NCBI GenBank assembly: GCA_013140605.1
Contig: JABFSL010000042.1
Location: forward strand, 31,168 to 95,167
DNA length: 64,000 bases
DNA from: Anaerolineales bacterium
GTDB lineage: Bacteria; Chloroflexota; Anaerolineae; Anaerolineales; Villigracilaceae
Reading direction: 5' to 3'
The notes beneath the pieces were generated by a model that saw only the letters and a list, made by a program, of their open reading frames with translations, was not told where the DNA came from and did not search any database. This document shows positions 58,748 to 64,000 of this stretch, one piece after another; position 1 is the first letter of the stretch; every line of letters begins with the position of its first letter. A program made the translations under genes and the position numbers.

Positions 58748-59053
58748 ATGATTGCGAGAACTTGGCACGGCATAACTGAAGCATCGAAAGCCGATGAGTA
58801 CTTTGACTACCTAAACAAAACAGGTGTTGCTGCATATCGCGCGACACAAGGAAATCTAGGCGTGTATGTGCTACGCAGGATTGAGGGAAACAAAGCTCAT
58901 TTTCTATTGCTTACGCTCTGGGAATCCGAAGATGCCATAAAAAGGTTTGCGGGCTCAAATATAGAGAAAGCTAAGTATTACCCTGAAGATGAGCAGTTTC
59001 TTCTTGAGCTTGAGCCAACAGTTACGCATTATGAAGTCATGGTTAAGCCGTAG
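58748..59053 (+). CDS. Antibiotic biosynthesis monooxygenase (ABM)-like protein
   Basis: MIARTWHG, GNLG, TLWES..IKRFAG and YYPED motifs; RBS aggag. Confidence 0.85.
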   Translation: MIARTWHGITEASKADEYFDYLNKTGVAAYRATQGNLGVYVLRRIEGNKAHFLLLTLWESEDAIKRFAGSNIEKAKYYPEDEQFLLELEPTVTHYEVMVKP

Positions 59054-59089
59054 AAATTATCGAAACAGGAAAAGCAGCAGGGTTGTTCC

Positions 59090-59263
59090 GCGTAACACAG
59101 TTACAGCGACAGATGGGAGCCTGCGCGTTTTAAAAGCATTTTTCCTTGGACAGTCCGCCACCTTCGGCAGGCTGGCTTCGAGTTTTCTCTGCTCCCAAGC
59201 AGAGTCTACGCCCACCCAGTGCCACAGCCCGTAGGGCTAGTCCGCGAACGCAAACCGTTAGAA
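59090..59263 (+). repeat. Degenerate integron attC-like site
   Basis: GCGTAAC-ACAGT ... GCAAACC-GTTAGAA ends with internal hairpins (ctctgct/agcagag, gccc/gggc); imperfect R boxes and longer than usual. Confidence 0.55.
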
Positions 59264-59320
59264 AGCACTTGTCAGAATTATGCTGATAGTTTTTACCTCC
59301 TAAAATGGCAGAATCAGAAT

Positions 59321-59900
59321 ATGCTTAATCAAAATTTCGTAATAATTGGCACTCTAATTGGCACTACAGGTGCTTTCGCGTATGTATGGGACACAATTAA
59401 GGGGAATGTCAAACCTAATAGAGTCTCTTTTTTATTATGGTCAATCGCTCCGATGATTGCCTTTGCAGCCCAAATAAAACAAGGGGTGGGTTTAGAGTCA
59501 TTAATGACTTTTAGTACTGGTTTTCTGCCTCTTTTAACTTTTATCGCCTCCTTTACCAATAAAAATGCCGAATGGAAATTAACAAGGTTTGATTTAGCAT
59601 GTGGCTTTTTGTCTTTGGTAGGTCTGATTATTTGGCTGATAACAAAGGTTGGTAATGTGGCTATTTTCTTTAGCATCGTGGCTGATGGTCTGGCTGCACT
59701 ACCAACACTGGTTAAGGCCTATAAACATCCAGAAACGGAGGTTGCATGGCCTTGGCTGGCAACTTGCTTTGGCGTTACTTTAACATTACTAACGTTAAAG
59801 GAGTGGACATTTGCCAATAGCGGTTTTTATCATTTATATCTTTATTGTGGACTTAATGATTTTTATCTGTGTGCAATTCAAGTTAGGAAAGCGGGCTTAA
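59321..59900 (+). CDS. Hypothetical polytopic membrane protein, apparent +1 frameshift near the 3' end
   Basis: PNRVSFLLW and PTLVKAYKHPETE; removing one T at ~59823-59827 restores a last TM helix (FIIYIFIVDLMIFICVQFKLGKRA*) stopping at 59900. Confidence 0.65.
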
Positions 59901-59927
59901 AATACCCTCGCACTCGGAAGGCTATCT

Positions 59928-61397
59928 ATGACACCCAAAAACATCTTCGCTGGTCTTGAGCCTGCCGCTCTGTGGGCCTGCTTCTCGCGCATTACTGAAA
60001 TCCCCAGGCCGTCCGGACAAGAGTCCGCAATCGCTGAATGGCTTGCCAATTGGGCGAGCACTCAAGGCTTCTTGTCTCGCCGAGACACCGCCGGGAACAT
60101 CTGCGTTTACGTTCCCGCATCTATGGATTCGCTCGCCTCGCGAACGGTCGCGTTGCAGGCCCACCTGGACATGGTATGTGTCCGCTCCGACGATAGCACT
60201 TCCGATCCCGCCGCGGGCAGCATCCGGATTCTCCGCGAAGGAGACTGGATAGTAGCCCCATCTTCCACCCTCGGCGCGGATAACGGGATCGGGATAGCTG
60301 CGGCGATGTGCCTCGCTGAGAGCAAAGCCACGCCTCACGGCCCCCTTGAACTGCTGTTCACTGTCGAGGAAGAAACCACATTCAAGGGCGCAGACGAACT
60401 GGACCCCAGCCTAATTCAGGCTAATGTGATGCTGAACCTTGACCATGAGACCGCAGGCGAACTGTGTGTTGGATGCGCCGGGGCTACCTGGACTATCCTT
60501 CGCTGGCCTGCCCCCGCTCAACCATCTCCTGAGGGTTGGCTTGTCGTAGATATTGTTCTCTCGGGGCTCAGCGGTGGGCATTCAGGTAAAGACATTCACA
60601 AGAACCAGCTGAACGCCATCAAGGGAATGGTCTGGCTCGTTAGGAGGCTTGCTAAGGATGTCCCGTTCCGTCTCTGCGCGCTTGAAGGCGGCGACGCGGT
60701 CAATGCCATTCCCATTTGGGCACATGCGACCATCTCGTTTCCGCCCACCGAGGCTCATTCCTTCAAAGCAGCCCTTGCTGACGCCCGCTCTCGTCTCGCG
60801 AGCCGTTTTTCCCTCACCGACCCCGGGCTTTCCCTTTCCACGGCCAATATCGATCTGCAAGGCATCAAGTGCTGGAGCGACGAGAGCCGGGATCGGCTGC
60901 TTGACCTCCTCACTGCTGTCCCTTCAGGGGTGGTCGCAATGGAGCAACACGCTCCCGATATGGTTGAGACATCCAACAACCTGGGGATTGTCGCCTTGAG
61001 AGACGATGTTGTAGAGGTTCACTGCCTATCCCGATCTTCAGTAGCTGACGCTCAAGAAGAGACCGTAGCCTCGATAGAATCCGTCGCCCAGTTGGCCGGG
61101 GCCGAATTCGCCATTGTCCCACCAGTCATAGGTCCATGGCGTCTCCCCTCCGATTCTGCCCTATTGGCCATCGTGCAAGCCACATATCAGGATCTCTTCC
61201 GCCGAGCGCCTATCTTGGCTACGATACATGCAGGCGTCGAATGCGGAACCATCCAACAACGCATCCCAGGTCTGGACGTTCTCTCTCTGGGTCCAGAAAT
61301 CCACTATCTCCACAGGCCAGGAGAGCGCGTTAATATTCCCTCTGTGGTGGAGTTTTATGCACTGCTTTGTGAAGTTGTCCGGAGGCTAGCGGCTTAG
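59928..61397 (+). CDS. M20 aminoacyl-histidine dipeptidase (PepD-like)
   Basis: IPRPSG, LQAHLDMV, LGADNGIG, TVEEET, GGHSG, SNNLG and HAGVECG motifs; more GC-rich than its neighbour. Confidence 0.88.
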   Translation: MTPKNIFAGLEPAALWACFSRITEIPRPSGQESAIAEWLANWASTQGFLSRRDTAGNICVYVPASMDSLASRTVALQAHLDMVCVRSDDSTSDPAAGSIRILREGDWIVAPSSTLGADNGIGIAAAMCLAESKATPHGPLELLFTVEEETTFKGADELDPSLIQANVMLNLDHETAGELCVGCAGATWTILRWPAPAQPSPEGWLVVDIVLSGLSGGHSGKDIHKNQLNAIKGMVWLVRRLAKDVPFRLCALEGGDAVNAIPIWAHATISFPPTEAHSFKAALADARSRLASRFSLTDPGLSLSTANIDLQGIKCWSDESRDRLLDLLTAVPSGVVAMEQHAPDMVETSNNLGIVALRDDVVEVHCLSRSSVADAQEETVASIESVAQLAGAEFAIVPPVIGPWRLPSDSALLAIVQATYQDLFRRAPILATIHAGVECGTIQQRIPGLDVLSLGPEIHYLHRPGERVNIPSVVEFYALLCEVVRRLAA

Positions 61398-61460
61398 GAA
61401 CTCATTTCCGTTCCCTATCAGGGCTTCCTGCTCTTGACTGTTCCCCAGAACCTCGGGGCG

Positions 61461-61486
61461 GCCTAACACAGCATGGACCCGACTGG
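61461..61486 (+). repeat. Truncated attC-like left arm
   Basis: GCCTAAC (perfect RYYYAAC)-ACAGC-ATGGACCC-GACTGG, 63 nt after the pepD-like stop; no right arm. Confidence 0.55.
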
Positions 61487-61505
61487 TAGATAGTTTCATG
61501 GTTCC

Positions 61506-61664
61506 TCACAAAAAATCTCCGAGTTCTTTAAGAACTCGGAGATTTGGTTTTAGCTTACGCTGTTTCGATCAATTCCATTGCTTCAAGCATTTCTTCGTTT
61601 CTGGAGAACTTGAATTCCACAAGTCCGCGTTTCTTGGCTTCTTCAGCTTCGACCGCTTCGAGCC
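61506..61664 (-). repeat. Direct repeat B2: functional 3' end and terminator of the FAD oxidoreductase gene
   Basis: aligns with 54804-54961. Confidence 0.9.
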
Positions 61665-62868
61665 GTTTGATGTCGTCTTTCATGATGACGGGCTTGCTTA
61701 ACCCGCGCATCTTTTCGGTGACATCGTCCATGCTGGCGTTTGCGGGCTGAATGGTCTGGAGATAGTCCCAGACGGCTCTGGCGGCGTTGGTCCCATCTTT
61801 GCGCGCATAACCGACCAAACCTTCGCTGGCTTTGCGTGACCATCCGCCTACGAATACACCGTCAATTGTGGATTCATAGGAGATGCCGTCCACAGGGAAT
61901 TTCGGTTCTTTGTTTTTGATGAACTCGTTCCATTCAGTCGGCAGGCCAAAGGATTCGTCCACTTTATCGCCGATGGCGAAGATGACCGTGTCTACATCAA
62001 TGGTGCGTTTGACGCCTGTTCCCTTTGCGCTGATCTTTCCGTCTCTTTCAGTGAGGATGTTATCCTCCACTTCCAATTTGGTCAGCGCGCCGTTCTCTCC
62101 GAACATCGCAGTGGGCGAGGCGAGGAAGTCAAAATGAAACTTGGCCTCGCTGGTTTTGGGATCTGCCTTCGCGAGAGCATCCAACACTTTTTGCCGACCA
62201 GCTTCCAGGTCCTGATTGATCGCTTGCACGACAGGCTGAACCCGCGCCATTTCCTTTTCGAATTCATCCAGATCCAGATATGAGATCAGATGCTTCATTT
62301 CTTCCTTGGTGAAATTTACTTCATTTGGGCCGCGTCGTACAACTGCGATGACCTCGTCCACTTTTTGGACGTTGATCAGATGTCGTGCAATATCCACCAT
62401 CACATTGCCCGCGCCGATGATGGCACAGCGTTTTCCAAAGCGGAAATTTTTCTGGCTGTAAGGCGGCAGGTTGTTGTACGCATATACAACTTCCTTGGCG
62501 TGATACACGCCTTCAAGTTCTTCGCCGGGCAGGCCGAGCCATTTGGTTCCCTGCGCGCCCGCGCTGACAAGCACAGCATCAAAGCCAAGTTCGCGCAATT
62601 CATTGAGCGTAATATCGCCATTGTCTCCGACAACAAGGTTGCCGTAATATTCAAGGTTGGGGTTATCCATCGCGCCGCGGAACTGCTTGCGCAACCCTTC
62701 CTTCATCATATGCTTTTCAGGATAAATCCCATACTCGGCCAAACCGCCCGGTTTAATATCGCGATTAAAAAGTGCAACACGAACGCCTTGATTTGCCAAT
62801 TCGCGCGCGCCGAACAAGCCCGCCGGGCCCGCTCCTATTACTGCTACAGAATAAATTTTCTCACTCAC
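61555..62868 (-). CDS. FAD-dependent oxidoreductase, ferredoxin-NADP+/adrenodoxin reductase-like
   Basis: GAGPAG, GGLAEYGI, GAGNV and GGWSRKASEGLVG motifs; GTG 62868 after RBS ggagg. Confidence 0.85.
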   Translation of the reverse strand: MSEKIYSVAVIGAGPAGLFGARELANQGVRVALFNRDIKPGGLAEYGIYPEKHMMKEGLRKQFRGAMDNPNLEYYGNLVVGDNGDITLNELRELGFDAVLVSAGAQGTKWLGLPGEELEGVYHAKEVVYAYNNLPPYSQKNFRFGKRCAIIGAGNVMVDIARHLINVQKVDEVIAVVRRGPNEVNFTKEEMKHLISYLDLDEFEKEMARVQPVVQAINQDLEAGRQKVLDALAKADPKTSEAKFHFDFLASPTAMFGENGALTKLEVEDNILTERDGKISAKGTGVKRTIDVDTVIFAIGDKVDESFGLPTEWNEFIKNKEPKFPVDGISYESTIDGVFVGGWSRKASEGLVGYARKDGTNAARAVWDYLQTIQPANASMDDVTEKMRGLSKPVIMKDDIKRLEAVEAEEAKKRGLVEFKFSRNEEMLEAMELIETA

Positions 62869-63203
62869 TTCAACCTCCGTCAAATAAGACAAAAACTGTA
62901 CGATTATATTTGGGAATTATACAATCAACAAGCTGTAAAACTGGATTCTCATCATGCTTTTATAATTATTTCATTATCCTACAAGTCGAACAGGAATTGA
63001 AAAAGTTACCCGTGACCACATTAGACTTTCATGAGAAACCCATACCCCCCGCTTTTTCTCCGTGCTTTCGTGAAATCCGTGCACTGATGGTTTAATTATG
63101 GCAATTCCCAATGACCTTAAAAATCAAAATAGTTATCAGGTTGTAACTGTGTTAATATTGGCGTAAGTCATCATCGACCGGCGTTTTTTCAACAGGAGAC
63201 ACC

Positions 63204-63992
63204 ATGAACAATGAACCCAAAAAAGATCCCAGCGCCCGTTTGCGAAACGTATTGGGCAATCAATCTGCGCTCAGCCATCTCCCTAAAAAGAGGAATGACA
63301 CAACAGATTTTATGCCAGAGCATGAATCCAGAAAAGAGCCGTCTGTAAAAAAGGATGTGACGCATCATGCTGCGCCCGAGCCTGATCCTGTTACGAAGAA
63401 ACGTAGGTTTAACTTTTGGCCCGCCATCTGGACGATTGCGAGCGTTCTTTCTCTTACCATCAATTTGGTTCTGGCCATTCTACTATTTTCGACCTGGATG
63501 AATCTCCCATCCCTGAATGTTAACGGCGCCACAGATGTTGTCACCGATATTGGTACCGGGGTGCTCGGAGGTTTATATACAAATTTTGAAAAAATGGATC
63601 GCGCCCATATTACGCGCACAATTCCTGTTCAAACCACGATCCCGGTCAAATTTGATCTGGCACTTAACCAACAAACGAACGTGGTTTTGAGTCAGGACGT
63701 GACGATCAGTAATGCGCTTGTCACTGTAAACACTGGCGGCTTGAATATATCAAGAGCGTTGGCAACCATTGTTCTGCCCCAGGGAACGACCCTGCCTGTT
63801 GTGTTAAATTTGACCGTCCCTGTGGATACCACTGTGCCGGTCTCGTTGAATGTGGATGTTGATATTCCTTTAAATGAAACACAGCTGCATGATCCGTTCG
63901 TGGGCTTGCGTCAGGTGGTTGAACCATACTATTGCATGATCAATCCCGAAGCTCTTAATCTGGATGGACAGAAAGTTTGCGTGAATAAATAA
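63204..63992 (+). CDS. Hypothetical single-pass membrane protein with a beta-rich external domain
   Basis: RBS aggag; charged N-terminus, one TM helix, V/P/T-rich C-terminus with 2 Cys. Confidence 0.7.
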   Translation: MNNEPKKDPSARLRNVLGNQSALSHLPKKRNDTTDFMPEHESRKEPSVKKDVTHHAAPEPDPVTKKRRFNFWPAIWTIASVLSLTINLVLAILLFSTWMNLPSLNVNGATDVVTDIGTGVLGGLYTNFEKMDRAHITRTIPVQTTIPVKFDLALNQQTNVVLSQDVTISNALVTVNTGGLNISRALATIVLPQGTTLPVVLNLTVPVDTTVPVSLNVDVDIPLNETQLHDPFVGLRQVVEPYYCMINPEALNLDGQKVCVNK

Positions 63993-64000
63993 CGGTACAT

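Larger units (their letters stand above)
54962..61505. mobile_element. ~6.5 kb integrase-less accessory island bracketed by repeats B1 and B2
   Basis: 158/159-bp direct repeats; mixed-composition cargo; attC-like remnants. Confidence 0.65.

Overview
Bacterial chromosomal window, most likely Chloroflexota, class Anaerolineae (inferred from the GAF-rich signalling proteins, gene content and repeat families; not verified by search). No rRNA, tRNA, CRISPR array, integrase or transposase was seen. (1) 0-9 kb: a GT39/ArnT-like glycosyltransferase divergent from a NarL-type two-component system, then cupin, rsmG, DUF4349, a phosphoesterase and coaBC. (2) 9-21 kb: an aromatic amino acid operon (aroH, two DAHP synthases, tyrA, aroA, aroE, aroC, aroK-aroB, aroQ) preceded by an unannotated Phe/Tyr-rich leader peptide and a terminator, i.e. 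a candidate attenuator. Several of these enzymes carry in-frame heptamer or REP-derived insertions. (3) 22.7-41.5 kb: a ~19 kb minus-strand signalling locus. It has three histidine kinases and three chemoreceptor-like membrane sensors with no output domain, each ending in the N-terminal part of a GAF fold. Complementary C-terminal GAF fragments are repeated in the downstream sensor and kinase. The locus ends with a threonine-synthase-like enzyme fused to a receiver domain. This is the best candidate for an undescribed system. (4) 41.5-53 kb: rny, recX, maeB, an MFS transporter, a hidden CxxU Rdx/SelW-type selenoprotein ahead of trpS-dtd, a cold-shock protein, a degenerate DHOD-like protein and a CaiB/BaiF CoA-transferase. 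(5) 53-61.7 kb: accessory DNA between two convergent host genes. Each host gene's 3' end is duplicated at the far side of an inserted segment, and integron attC-like remnants lie among the cargo genes.
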